DNA of 63,595 nt, filler included, from a bacterium (GCA_040757115.1; 6 parts of 6 records of this genome joined end to end with filler, not necessarily neighbours in it); one strand, 5' to 3'; shown: positions 41,069 to 50,669, counted from the whole stretch's first letter. Program-made: numbers and translations. Notes: a model not told the origin generated them from the letters alone.

Positions 41069-41180
41069 AAGTTTGTCCTCCTTATTTTAGTCAGTTAATA
41101 CTTTTTGTATAGTATACCACAAAATCTTTCGCAGGTCAAACTTGACACTTTATCATATCATCTCTGCGGTGAACAGTTAC

Positions 41181-41277
41181 TGCTTTTTGCATTTTGCTCT
41201 TTGGAGAAAATTGATAAAAATAGAGGTTTTAAATACCCGTTTAAAAACTACAGTTTCCTGGTTTTGCAGAACCCTAA
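41181..41277 (+). mobile_element. Right end of the four-helix-bundle element family
   Basis: Matches 51967-52062. Confidence 0.8.
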
Positions 41278-41305
41278 GACACATCCACCAGAGGAGGATA
41301 CAAAT

Positions 41306-42211
41306 TTGAATTTAAGTAATCTAAAACAACTATTTTATTACTTTCCCTTACGCTGGTTGGCAACTTTATTGCCAATTTCATTAATTGGTGTTCTTGGGAC
41401 TCTGTGTGCCTATATTGAGATTTTGACGATTCGTCCTGGCACTAAAAAAAGGCTTTTTGTGAACCTGATGACTGCCTTAGGTTTGGAGAATGATAGCCAA
41501 AAATGTGCTACCTTATGTTTCAATGTCATCCGCCATTACATTTGGAATATTCTGGAATTTACCTTGGCTCATCGTTTATGGAAAGGAAGGAAAACAAATT
41601 TTATCCAGCTGGTTGGTTTTGAACATATCACCCAATCTCTACGACAGGGTAGAGGAGTTGTTCTTGTTGGGGGACATTTAGCCACATTTGAATTCCACAC
41701 AACGGCAGTTGCCTGGCAGGGATATTCTTCGGCACAGGTGGAACCCAGAGAAACGCAGTTAGACAATATCCCATCTGGTATTCCACGAATTATCCAGATA
41801 TATCGGCGTCGTCACCAGACTCGATATTTGCAATATGAAACAATATATACGGGAATGGGATTTCGCCAGGCATTAAAATTTTTGAAACAAGGTAGGGTAG
41901 TTGGAATTGCTATTGATTATCCGGTGGTAACTCATTCGGTTATCTGCCGATTTCTTGGTCAAGAACGCAAGGTGCCACTCGGACCTGCCTATCTGGCAAT
42001 GAAAACGGATGCAGATATTGTCATTGCTCACCTGGAAAGGATAACTTTTGGCAAGAATCGATTAACATTTATCCCTGTGCCAGTCATCAAAACAGAAGAC
42101 TTTATAGCCGATATCTCTTCCCTATCTCTTCAATTAGCACAGACTTACGAACAGTTCATCCTTAAACATCCTGAACAATGGGCATGGCAAATGTGGTTAC
42201 AAAATCAATGA
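41306..42211 (+). CDS. LpxL-like lipid acyltransferase
   Basis: GRGVVLVGGHLATFE, FLG, ILKHPEQW.W; start TTG after GAGGAGG. Confidence 0.85.
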   Translation: MNLSNLKQLFYYFPLRWLATLLPISLIGVLGTLCAYIEILTIRPGTKKRLFVNLMTALGLENDSQKCATLCFNVIRHYIWNILEFTLAHRLWKGRKTNFIQLVGFEHITQSLRQGRGVVLVGGHLATFEFHTTAVAWQGYSSAQVEPRETQLDNIPSGIPRIIQIYRRRHQTRYLQYETIYTGMGFRQALKFLKQGRVVGIAIDYPVVTHSVICRFLGQERKVPLGPAYLAMKTDADIVIAHLERITFGKNRLTFIPVPVIKTEDFIADISSLSLQLAQTYEQFILKHPEQWAWQMWLQNQ

Positions 42212-42289
42212 GAATGCGTAAATGAAGAATAACAACCTTCTTTTAACAAAATGATTGACAAGGACTTTGGGTAATGATATAATTAAATT

Positions 42290-42916
42290 ATGTTCACTGG
42301 AATTATAGAAGAGATAGGGATAATTAAACAAAAATCTAATAATTTCTTGGTTATTCAAGCTAAAAAGGTATTAGAGGATTTAAAACAAGGAGATAGTATC
42401 AGCGTCAATGGTGTTTGCTTAACTACAATTGAATTTACTAAAGATACCTTTAAGGTTAATATGATGCCTGAAACACTAAAACTAACCAATTTAGGGATGG
42501 TTTCTATAGGAGATGAGGTTAATTTAGAGCGGGCACTTCGCCTGACTGATAGACTTGGCGGACATATAGTCACGGGACACATTGATGGACTGGGCAGGAT
42601 TGTGGATAAAATAACGCAGGGTGATAATCAAATACTACAAATATCTATCTTGCCGCAGGTGAGTAAATATATTGTTAAAAAGGGGTCGGTGGCGGTTGAA
42701 GGACTTAGTTTAACTGTTGCAGATGTCCAGACTGAAGAATTTAAAATATGCCTTATCCCTCATACCCTTAAAATAACTACATTAGGGAAAAAGAATATTG
42801 GTGATTTACTTAATATTGAGGTAGATATACTGGGTAAATATGCCGAGAAATTTTTAAATAAAGGTGAAAAAAAAGAGATTAGTCTTGATTTTTTATCTAT
42901 GCAAGGTTTTGCCTGA
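42290..42916 (+). CDS. ribE: Riboflavin synthase
   Basis: MFTGII, GDSISVNGVCLT, VNLERA, GGHIVTGHID. Confidence 0.96.
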   Translation: MFTGIIEEIGIIKQKSNNFLVIQAKKVLEDLKQGDSISVNGVCLTTIEFTKDTFKVNMMPETLKLTNLGMVSIGDEVNLERALRLTDRLGGHIVTGHIDGLGRIVDKITQGDNQILQISILPQVSKYIVKKGSVAVEGLSLTVADVQTEEFKICLIPHTLKITTLGKKNIGDLLNIEVDILGKYAEKFLNKGEKKEISLDFLSMQGFA

Positions 42917-42917
42917 T

Positions 42918-43159
42918 GTAACTATTCAGCCACTGATTAACACGGATTAGCACGGATAAATAGTCAGAAGACAGAACTCAGAGGAGAGAGGAGAAATGGG
43001 GAAACGGAGAAAGGGAGAAACAGAGAAGGAGAGGAGACACGAGGTACTATACCTGAATTTTCAGCCATCAGCCTTCAGCCTGATTACGGACACGGAAAAC
43101 GGACACGATTTACGAATTTTCAGTATTTCATCTGTGTCCATCTGTGGCTGAATAGTTAC
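42918..43159. mobile_element. IS66-like MITE with GGAGAAA-type repeat core
   Basis: Same shell as 20914-21118 with a different core. Confidence 0.85.
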
Positions 43160-43300
43160 AATTTTTGTAACTATTCAGCAAAAAGAAGGATGATGGAGAA
43201 AGATTATAGATAAGATTTAAGTTTTGTTCCTCGTGTTCCGATATAAGTAATATAAGCGAATAAAAACACGGGGGAATTAATGACCATAGAGAGTATTAAT

Positions 43301-43650
43301 CCTGCAATCGGCAAGTAGGCTAACCAGAATAGCGTTAACCCCTTGATATATCAGTAGTTAATCTGTTGAAAAATCTGTAGATTTTTTAACAGAAATGATT
43401 GACATTGGCCTCCTTCTATGCTATACTTTAGGTAAGTAATTAACATTACTAAAGTTAACATAAAAAGGAGACCAATTATGATTACTTCTTTAACCTCTCA
43501 AATAGATACCCGTCCTCGTCGGGAACGACGACCAGAAATTATCGCTCTGGAGAAAAGAAAACGAAAATTGGCTCGCAAACTCAGACATGTTAATCTCCAG
43601 GTTGAATTCGATAATGATACAGTCACCCAATTTGGTAACTTCCATACCAT
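43301..43650 (+). mobile_element. Left part of a probable IS1380-family element cut by contig end
   Basis: ORF from 43478 with VEFDNDTVTQFGNF resembling an IS1380 transposase N-terminus; CCTG-starting candidate end. Confidence 0.45.
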
Positions 43651-43750
43651 NNNNNNNNNNNNNNNNNNNNNNNNNNNNNNNNNNNNNNNNNNNNTTAATT
43701 AATTAANNNNNNNNNNNNNNNNNNNNNNNNNNNNNNNNNNNNNNNNNNNN

Positions 43751-44078
43751 AAGAAAAAGTAAATTTTACTATTCCTTTATTAACAATAAGTTATGTAAAA
43801 TATCAATTCACAATTCAAGATGCGACCCTACACACCCCTTGTAAGTAATCTTACCACCATCTCCTGGATTCAGGTCTCTAAAAAATGGTGCTATCTCTAT
43901 TATCAGGGATGTTTAATTTTCAAAGAGCAATTAAGAGAAGAAAAAGTAAATTTTACTATTCCTTTATTAACAATAAGTTATGTAAAATATCAATTCACAA
44001 TTCAAGATGCGACCCTACACTCCGACAATTCAAGATGCGACCCTACACTCCGACAATTCAAGATGCGACCCTACACTA
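43751..44078 (+). repeat. Direct repeat at 187-bp spacing and three tandem 28-mers CAATTCAAGATGCGACCCTACACTCCGA
   Basis: Units at 43811, 43998, 44026 and 44054. Confidence 0.9.
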
Positions 44079-44089
44079 CACATTCGTAT

Positions 44090-44228
44090 AACTCCTTACC
44101 AGTAAATGTCGGTCCACCGACAGGTCCGCCACCTCCAAAGGGATAATAGAAGATTTGTGCTACTACCTTGCCATCCTTGTCACTAATTACCCTTGCTGAA
44201 CCTAACTGGTCATTATGGTAGTAATATA
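44090..44228 (-). pseudogene. Rhs core fragment
   Basis: Encodes YYYHNDQLGSARVISDKDGKVV..YYPFGGGGPVGGPTFTGKEL, matching the Rhs ORFs. Confidence 0.85.
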
Positions 44229-44316
44229 AGGTTTAAGGTTTTGCTCGTGTGCCAAGTGCATTCTACATTCACGGTCCGGTCTGACCCTAACTCCCCACAA
44301 GGTTTGCCCCCCTACT

Positions 44317-44652
44317 TTACTCAAGTAATAATTTTTTTAATACCTTATCTACATTCTGAAAATATTCTTTATTTAATTCCCTCTCTCTTAATTCTCCCTT
44401 TAACTTTATCCTTTTCCTAAAAAATTTATCATAGTCCTTACCTGCAAGAAGAGTAACCAAATTTTTCAACGAATTCATAAAATAGGATTTATATCTTTTC
44501 CTTCTCATCTCTTTAGCAAACCAATCCACCAAAACGAATAAGCCTTGCTGGTCCGCAAAATTAGATAGAGTCTCGATGTTTTTCTTTATTAGGATTGGAT
44601 CATCATCATCATAGAAAGTAAGATCAAATCTCTCAAAATATATCTTATCCAT
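44317..44652 (-). CDS. Putative orphan immunity protein
   Basis: Close paralogue of 44730-45074 inside the Rhs array. Confidence 0.6.
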   Translation of the reverse strand: MDKIYFERFDLTFYDDDDPILIKKNIETLSNFADQQGLFVLVDWFAKEMRRKRYKSYFMNSLKNLVTLLAGKDYDKFFRKRIKLKGELRERELNKEYFQNVDKVLKKLLLE

Positions 44653-44729
44653 TTTATTCTCCTATTGTGTCCAGATTAAGAGAGGCCTAATTGATCTAAC
44701 ATCCACTTTTGCCCTATAATCTCCCAACC

Positions 44730-45074
44730 TTAAAAAAACTCAAGAAATATCTGTTTTAATATCTTATCCACATCCTGATATTCTTCTTTATTATATAGAT
44801 TCCTCTTTATTAATCCGCTCTCTAACTTTATCCTTTTTATAAAAAATTTGTCGTAATCCTCACCTGCAAGAAAAGTAATCAAATTTCTCAACGAATTCAT
44901 AAAATAGGATTTATATCTTCTCCTTCTCATCTCTTTACCAAATTCCCCCTCCAGAGCTAATAAACCTAACTGCTCTATAAAATTAGATAAAGTCTCAATG
45001 TTTTTCTTTACTAAGATTGGGTCATCAGCATCATAGAAGGTACAATCAAATCGCTCAAAATATATCTCATTCAT
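44730..45074 (-). CDS. Putative orphan immunity protein
   Basis: IYFERFD.TFYD.DDPIL.KKNIETLSNF shared with its neighbour. Confidence 0.6.
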   Translation of the reverse strand: MNEIYFERFDCTFYDADDPILVKKNIETLSNFIEQLGLLALEGEFGKEMRRRRYKSYFMNSLRNLITFLAGEDYDKFFIKRIKLESGLIKRNLYNKEEYQDVDKILKQIFLEFF

Positions 45075-45201
45075 AATAATTCTCCTTAGGGACATTTGTT
45101 GGACAGAATGATTCATCGAAAGTGCATTCTACATTCACGGTCTGACCCTAACTCCCCACCCAAGGCTACGCTCCTCCTTCCAAATTCTCCAACTGATCTG
45201 C

Positions 45202-45603
45202 TCAAGTTATGTATATATCAATATCTATGTTAACATTTAATTCAGCCAATCGCTTTACCAAGTCGCTATCAAAATGTATTTCAGGGAAAGGTTCAGATTC
45301 ACTAAAGTAACCAGCACATGATAATTCTGTGTAATATCGGGCAGTTATCGTCTTAAATAACTCGAGTGACGGTTCGATAGAAGATAGCAGATGTTCCACA
45401 TGTTCTCTTAGAGGTTTTTCTTTTGGCAACTTTGACTGTAGCTCCCAACCGTTTTCTTTTTCCTTGATGACTGTTTTTGGTCTTAGATCACCACGATGCC
45501 ATATTCTAGTTGGCTGGATGTTTGTAGTTGTAGTTATTTCCTCTGGTAAAGACAAATATTTACTATCAGTAATTCTCATATATACATAGAATTCATATTT
45601 CAT
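45202..45603 (-). CDS. DUF4279-like immunity protein
   Basis: PEEIT...IQPTRIW..GD...W; IDIDIY C-terminus. Confidence 0.7.
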   Translation of the reverse strand: MKYEFYVYMRITDSKYLSLPEEITTTTNIQPTRIWHRGDLRPKTVIKEKENGWELQSKLPKEKPLREHVEHLLSSIEPSLELFKTITARYYTELSCAGYFSESEPFPEIHFDSDLVKRLAELNVNIDIDIYIT

Positions 45604-45613
45604 TCAATCTTCC

Positions 45614-45740
45614 TCATAACTCATTGATATTGATCCCTGTGGAATCGCCAGGTCCAGTACCATCTTTTGGTTTAACTATAATATTGCCATGTTTATCTTT
45701 GAACAAGTCATAACGAGATGCATTTTTCTTAGGTTTGAGA
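45614..45740 (-). pseudogene. Orphan toxin tip (Ntox33-like)
   Basis: Manual translation LKPKKNASRYDLFKDKHGNIIVKPKDGTGPGDSTGININEL*. Confidence 0.65.
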
Positions 45741-45968
45741 TCACTTTATGGTAGTCTGATCCCTTTCTGCCTCTTCAAACATATATGCAGGGAATAAATA
45801 GTCTTCTCCTGTATCGTCTATTATTCTATAATAGTCATCTCCATTTTCAATAGAAACTACTTCATAAATTTTGCCAATGGTTAAAGAACATCTTAATCCA
45901 TGTTCCACCTCTATATCTTCATCTTCCAAAACTATATAGCTATCATTACTAATACATTTTACTTTCAT
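45741..45968 (-). CDS. Putative cognate immunity protein
   Basis: Directly follows an Rhs CT; SLTIGKIYEV..YRIIDDTGEDYLFP. Confidence 0.7.
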   Translation of the reverse strand: MKVKCISNDSYIVLEDEDIEVEHGLRCSLTIGKIYEVVSIENGDDYYRIIDDTGEDYLFPAYMFEEAERDQTTIK

Positions 45969-45981
45969 GCTCTTACCCCCT

Positions 45982-47007
45982 CTACTCTTCCAACCATCTT
46001 TTTACTTTATACTCTACCTTGCCAACCCCATGAGCTTCATACCAATGAACTTCGGCTTTACGTATTCTACCAGATTCATCTTTAGCATAGGCAATCCCTT
46101 TTTTCTTTTTCCAGTTTTTCCCTCCATAAGTCTCCTTTAGCCTCTTTATGTCTTTAATTCCATGCCCTTTTGCAATAGTTTTTTCAGCAGTTATCTTTCC
46201 TATTTCTGTAGTTCCTTTTCCTATAACTTTCGTTCCAATTTTACCTATTACTTTACTGCCACCAACAAGAACTGTTTTTATTCCACCAACAACTATCTTT
46301 CCAGCTCCCAAGAAATCTGTTGGATCAACTGGATCGCTAATAATTGCCTCTTCCTCTGGAGTAGGTACTGCACCTAAAATAGGTAATAAAGCATTTGCTA
46401 TTCTAGAACCAACTCCCGAAATAGCTCCTGTTCTTGCTCCTTCCCAGAAGTCTCCACCGTACATCGCTGCTTCTATTCCCCCATATATCGCTCCTTCTAC
46501 CCCCCATTCTAATACATCTCCAAATCCTCCTCCCCAATCTCCAAAATTAATAGATTTACCAATTCCCGCACTGAATTGATTAAGCATCCAGCTACTACCA
46601 GCACTCATTAAGGCTGCGTCCCAGCCACCGTATTGATATGCCTCATAGATATTATAAAGTGTCCTTGCTGCGGTATAGAATTTCCATGCTGCCCATATAA
46701 ATTGCCAAAATTCACCATTCGGGTCTATATTTGTGAGTGGATTATTGGCACAGTAGATATAGAGATTATCTGCTGGGATTTGAACTGGATCAGGTGTAAT
46801 GAATCTCCCTAACGCAGGGTCATAGTATCTGGCGCCGAAGTAGAATAGGCCGCTGTCATCCAACTCCTTGCCGGTAAATGTCGGTCCGCCAACAGGTCCG
46901 CCACCTCCAAAGGGATAATAGAAATACTGCTCGACTACCTTGCCATCCTTATCCGTAATCACCCTTGCTGAACCTAAGTGGTCATTATGGTAGTAATATG
47001 ACCCCAA
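45982..47007 (-). CDS. Orphan Rhs core + C-terminal toxin
   Basis: YFGARYYDPALGRFITPDP, YCANNPLTNIDPNG; basic CT domain. Confidence 0.9.
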   Translation of the reverse strand: MGSYYYHNDHLGSARVITDKDGKVVEQYFYYPFGGGGPVGGPTFTGKELDDSGLFYFGARYYDPALGRFITPDPVQIPADNLYIYCANNPLTNIDPNGEFWQFIWAAWKFYTAARTLYNIYEAYQYGGWDAALMSAGSSWMLNQFSAGIGKSINFGDWGGGFGDVLEWGVEGAIYGGIEAAMYGGDFWEGARTGAISGVGSRIANALLPILGAVPTPEEEAIISDPVDPTDFLGAGKIVVGGIKTVLVGGSKVIGKIGTKVIGKGTTEIGKITAEKTIAKGHGIKDIKRLKETYGGKNWKKKKGIAYAKDESGRIRKAEVHWYEAHGVGKVEYKVKRWLEE

Positions 47008-47033
47008 TTCCTAATTCCCTATTCCTAATTCCT

Positions 47034-47897
47034 TTATTCAACTTCCATCTCTAAAAAATTTATATTAGTGAAGTGATTTTGAAGAATTATATCCCTAACT
47101 TTATCATTAACAATAATATATAAAGTTGTATTAAGAAAAAATATATCTGTTTCTGGAATAATGTCTTTAGTTAAAATAAGAACTCGTTTTGATTCATCAA
47201 ATTCTTCTCTTCCACAACTTTTACATTGCTTTGTTACTTCAACCCCTGGTGGTTTTCCACTATTAGAAATAACAACCATTTCAAATAGAGGACCAAATTT
47301 ATTAGGAGATTTCTCTTTTTCAACCTCCTTAATAATATCCTCTGGCTCTCCTGTTTCAGGAATAGGAACCGGTCCAACTGATTCTCTTTTCCCAACCTTC
47401 TTTATTATTGCTGGACAAAAAGTAATACCTGAAACATTATTAGATTTAAATAAACTTTTTACCTTTTGAGATACTATTATGGAACCCAAGGTGGACCATA
47501 AAAAATCACTTTTAGGTCGGGAAGGAAACTCAAGATATACAGGTTGAAATTCATCACCAGGCAATAAGAAATCAATATTTTGACCTGATTTATTTAGTTC
47601 TTTTAAAAGAGATTGTCGTAATTTTAAATGTTCTTCCGACGAGATAGGCCATCGATCTCTAATTTCCTTTAGTTTCTGGAATGAACTAGGACATTCAAAG
47701 GGTAATATTCTTGAACCACCCCATGTTTCTCCACAAGTAGAACATTTAACCCCAGGCAATCCAAATAAATGTTTTCCACTTCCATTTACAAAAATATCCT
47801 TGTAATCACTTTCATAATCAGGAGGTTCTATCTTCCAAAAATTTTTATACAAGGAGATATTTTTTACTTGACAAACCCTTTTCATAGCTGACCCCAC
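47034..47897 (-). CDS. Double-CXXCG immunity-like protein
   Basis: LPGVKCSTCGETWG and CKSCGR motifs. Confidence 0.7.
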   Translation of the reverse strand: MGSAMKRVCQVKNISLYKNFWKIEPPDYESDYKDIFVNGSGKHLFGLPGVKCSTCGETWGGSRILPFECPSSFQKLKEIRDRWPISSEEHLKLRQSLLKELNKSGQNIDFLLPGDEFQPVYLEFPSRPKSDFLWSTLGSIIVSQKVKSLFKSNNVSGITFCPAIIKKVGKRESVGPVPIPETGEPEDIIKEVEKEKSPNKFGPLFEMVVISNSGKPPGVEVTKQCKSCGREEFDESKRVLILTKDIIPETDIFFLNTTLYIIVNDKVRDIILQNHFTNINFLEMEVE

Positions 47898-47946
47898 TAT
47901 CCTTCCCTAATCTATTCCCCTGAGAAAAATCTTTAGCGTAGTCGTA

Positions 47947-48456
47947 CTAATCGATAAAAAATTCTTCCGGATGCAGTTCGATGTAGCGTTTGAAAAAAGG
48001 ATAAAGTTGTTCCTCCCCATATAATTGTTCGTTTAGTGGCTCAAAATAAGCTTCTAATTGATCCTCTGGAATATCCAAAAATTTTTGACGAATATTTCTG
48101 TCCAGGGGAACTTTCCCATCTGGGAAAAATTTGAATGCCTGACTCAAAATTTCTGCATGCAAAGTCATTCCTAAAAGTCTGAAACCTTTAAGCACTTCTT
48201 CAGAATAAATTCCGCTGCTGTTCCAAAAAAATTGTTGCAAACCCCCATTATCAACTTCACGCATAAATAAAGTTGTAGTATAAATAGCTCTTTGACCTGG
48301 ACTACCATACGAAATGTGTTTAAGTTCGTCGATAACAGAACTATTAGGCCAAATCGGTTCAATCACTTTCCAGAAAAGTTCTTCATCATTCATGCCTTTA
48401 ACAGTAGATTTTGAAATACGGTAATCAAATCCTTTCATAAGAGTTACCCCCCACAT
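47947..48456 (-). CDS. DUF4375/DMP19-like protein
   Basis: EVDNGGLQQFFWNSSG, YIELHPEEF. Confidence 0.8.
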   Translation of the reverse strand: MWGVTLMKGFDYRISKSTVKGMNDEELFWKVIEPIWPNSSVIDELKHISYGSPGQRAIYTTTLFMREVDNGGLQQFFWNSSGIYSEEVLKGFRLLGMTLHAEILSQAFKFFPDGKVPLDRNIRQKFLDIPEDQLEAYFEPLNEQLYGEEQLYPFFKRYIELHPEEFFID

Positions 48457-48483
48457 TTCTTCAAAGAATCATTTATTTTACCT

Positions 48484-49116
48484 TCAAATCGGTTTAGCTA
48501 AATCTTCTGGCCACCGATACTCATTGGATGGAGTAAATTCTATATTACTTAATTTATGTTTTTCAACAACCTCTTTTACTCGTTCACTAACTAATCCGTA
48601 ATTACAATCTTTGAGCCTAAAAAAGTCTGAGCCATTCCATCTCTTCTCATCCACAAGAATTCCATATTTAAACTCATTTCTTGACCAGTATATTTTTAGA
48701 TCACATGCTTTGCACTCCTTTGCTAAATATATTTCACAAATAGGATGTGCATATCCATCCTTTACTGCAGTAATCAATTCCCATAACTTTGGAAATGATT
48801 CCGGATTGCTCAGTCCTCTTACACTTTTTATGATAACAGGACGCAATTCATATCCTGTAAGTCCTGCTTCTTTAAACAATTGTGCTACCCGATCAGTAAT
48901 TAAACCATCACTATCAAGTGTCCAAGTAAAGTCTCCAATCTTAGGAGAACGTAGTTCAATACTTAATATTTCCATTCTCTCTCCCGCCCTTTGATGACCA
49001 GGATTTACAGGACAATAAATGGTGTTTTTGTATTTCATTTCTTCTGACCATATAGCAACAGGGTATTTTTTATCATCAGTACCAATTGTATAAACATAAA
49101 ACTTCATCCTTATCAC
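48484..49116 (-). CDS. Putative immunity protein (Imm11/DUF1629-like)
   Basis: Immediately after the Rhs toxin; duplicated ITDRV/VSERVKE motifs, WNGSDFF. Confidence 0.65.
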   Translation of the reverse strand: MIRMKFYVYTIGTDDKKYPVAIWSEEMKYKNTIYCPVNPGHQRAGERMEILSIELRSPKIGDFTWTLDSDGLITDRVAQLFKEAGLTGYELRPVIIKSVRGLSNPESFPKLWELITAVKDGYAHPICEIYLAKECKACDLKIYWSRNEFKYGILVDEKRWNGSDFFRLKDCNYGLVSERVKEVVEKHKLSNIEFTPSNEYRWPEDLAKPI

Positions 49117-49117
49117 C

Positions 49118-50305
49118 TCACTTAAGATTAAATTGTAATTTCATTTTCTCTAACTGTTGCAGTATGTGTTCTCGTGTTGGTTTAATTCCCATTCTCTCAT
49201 ATTTATTAAAAAACTCTCGCCACTGCTTATTCCAATTATTAGGTCCTGTATGTAATCCTCCGGGTTTTAATCTATGTTTCTCTTGAGAAATTTTAATAGT
49301 ATATTTCTCAGGATTTAACCCTGCATCTCTAAACCTCTCAGCAAATTCTTTAGGAAGCAAATGGTGAGTTTCTAATTTTGTAGCTCCTCTTCCTATAACC
49401 TTTGCACCAATTTTGCCTATTGCCTTACCACCACCAACAAGAACTGTTTTTATTCCACCAACAACTATCTTTCCAGCTCCCAAGAAATCTGTTGGATCAA
49501 CTGGATCGCTAATAATTGTCTCTTTCTCTGCAGTAGGTACTGCACCTAAAATAGGTAATAAAGCATTTGCTATTCCAGAACCAACTCCCGAAATAGCTCC
49601 TGTTCTTGCCCCTTCCCAGAAATCTCCACCATACATTAATGAACTTATGCCACCAGTTATCGCCCCTTCTACTCCTAATTGGAATATATCTCCTAATGGA
49701 CCTCCCCAATCTCCAAAATCTATCCCTGCACTTATCCCCGCACTGAATTGATTAAACATCCAGCTACTACCAGCACTCATTAAAGCTGCATCCCATCCAC
49801 CGTATTGATATGCCTCATAGACATTATAAAGTGTCTTTGCTGCCGTATAGAATTTCCATACTGCCCATATAAATTGCCAGAATTCTCCATTCGGGTCTAT
49901 ATTTGTGAGCGGATTATTAGCACAGTAGACATAGAGATTATCTGCTGGGATTTGAACTGGATCAGGTGTAATAAATCTACCAAGTGCCGGATCATAGTAT
50001 CTGGCGCCGAAGTAGAATAAGCCGCTGTCATCCAGCTCCTTACCGGTAAATGTCGGTCCACCTACAGGTCCTCCACCACCAAAGGGATAATAGAAATACT
50101 GCTCGACTACCTTGCCGTCCTTGTCACTAATTACCCTTGATGAGCCTAAGTGGTCATTATGGTAGTAATAAATCTTGGGAGCAGAGTTAATTGGTTCTTC
50201 CTGTAGCTTTGCTACTAACTGCCCATTACCATAGACATACGAAGTTTTACTGGTAATAGTTACCTTCTCTGCCGGTGGTGATTCTAACTTCTGGACTACC
50301 CGCAC
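49118..50305 (-). CDS. Rhs core + C-terminal HNH-like (DUF2380-type) toxin
   Basis: Rhs core; CT HHLLPKEF...H...LH...WNKQWREFF. Confidence 0.88.
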   Translation of the reverse strand: MRVVQKLESPPAEKVTITSKTSYVYGNGQLVAKLQEEPINSAPKIYYYHNDHLGSSRVISDKDGKVVEQYFYYPFGGGGPVGGPTFTGKELDDSGLFYFGARYYDPALGRFITPDPVQIPADNLYVYCANNPLTNIDPNGEFWQFIWAVWKFYTAAKTLYNVYEAYQYGGWDAALMSAGSSWMFNQFSAGISAGIDFGDWGGPLGDIFQLGVEGAITGGISSLMYGGDFWEGARTGAISGVGSGIANALLPILGAVPTAEKETIISDPVDPTDFLGAGKIVVGGIKTVLVGGGKAIGKIGAKVIGRGATKLETHHLLPKEFAERFRDAGLNPEKYTIKISQEKHRLKPGGLHTGPNNWNKQWREFFNKYERMGIKPTREHILQQLEKMKLQFNLK

Positions 50306-50440
50306 TATTTCGTATGCCTTGCCATTGGCAAGTAATGTCTNNNNNNNNNNNNNNNNNNNNNNNNNNNNNNNNNNNNNNNNNNNNTTAATTAATTAANNNN
50401 NNNNNNNNNNNNNNNNNNNNNNNNNNNNNNNNNNNNNNNN

Positions 50441-50653
50441 ATAAACCATAAACCATAAACTATAAACTATAAACCATAAACCATAAACCATAAACCATAA
50501 ACTATAAACCATAAACCATAAACTATAAACCATAAACTATAAACCATAAACTATAAACTATAAACGAGTTTTGCTTTTTGGAGGAAATTGATAAAAATAG
50601 AGGTTTTAAATACCCGCTTAAAAACTACAGTTTCCTGGTTTTGCAGAACTCTA
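50441..50653 (+). mobile_element. AAACCAT/AAACTAT heptamer array plus right end of the four-helix-bundle element
   Basis: About 17 heptamers, then ...TTTTGCAGAACTCTA. Confidence 0.8.
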
Positions 50654-50669
50654 ATAGGAGTGGGAGAAA

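Larger units (their letters stand above)
39501..41160 (-). mobile_element. IS110-family (IS1111-type) insertion sequence
   Basis: Sub-terminal IRs TAAAGTGTCAAG (39505-39516) / CTTGACACTTTA (41141-41152); no TSD; long non-coding end downstream of the transposase. Confidence 0.88.
39092..41180. mobile_element. IS66-like MITE nest interrupted by an IS630-like MITE (39162-39391) and an IS1111 element
   Basis: Left end 39092, right end TGAACAGTTAC at 41180; the inner TIR GTAACTA|TTCAG is split with a TA duplication. Confidence 0.8.

Noticed and set aside
41105-41305. N-terminal extension of the acyltransferase (similarly the ORF-track starts of carB 21152, motB 25361, dnaB 31330)
   Set aside because: These starts lie in mobile-element sequence; downstream starts with SD sites fit the protein families better.
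43998-44078. 28-bp repeats as a CRISPR array
   Set aside because: Units are directly tandem with no unique spacers, and there are no cas genes.
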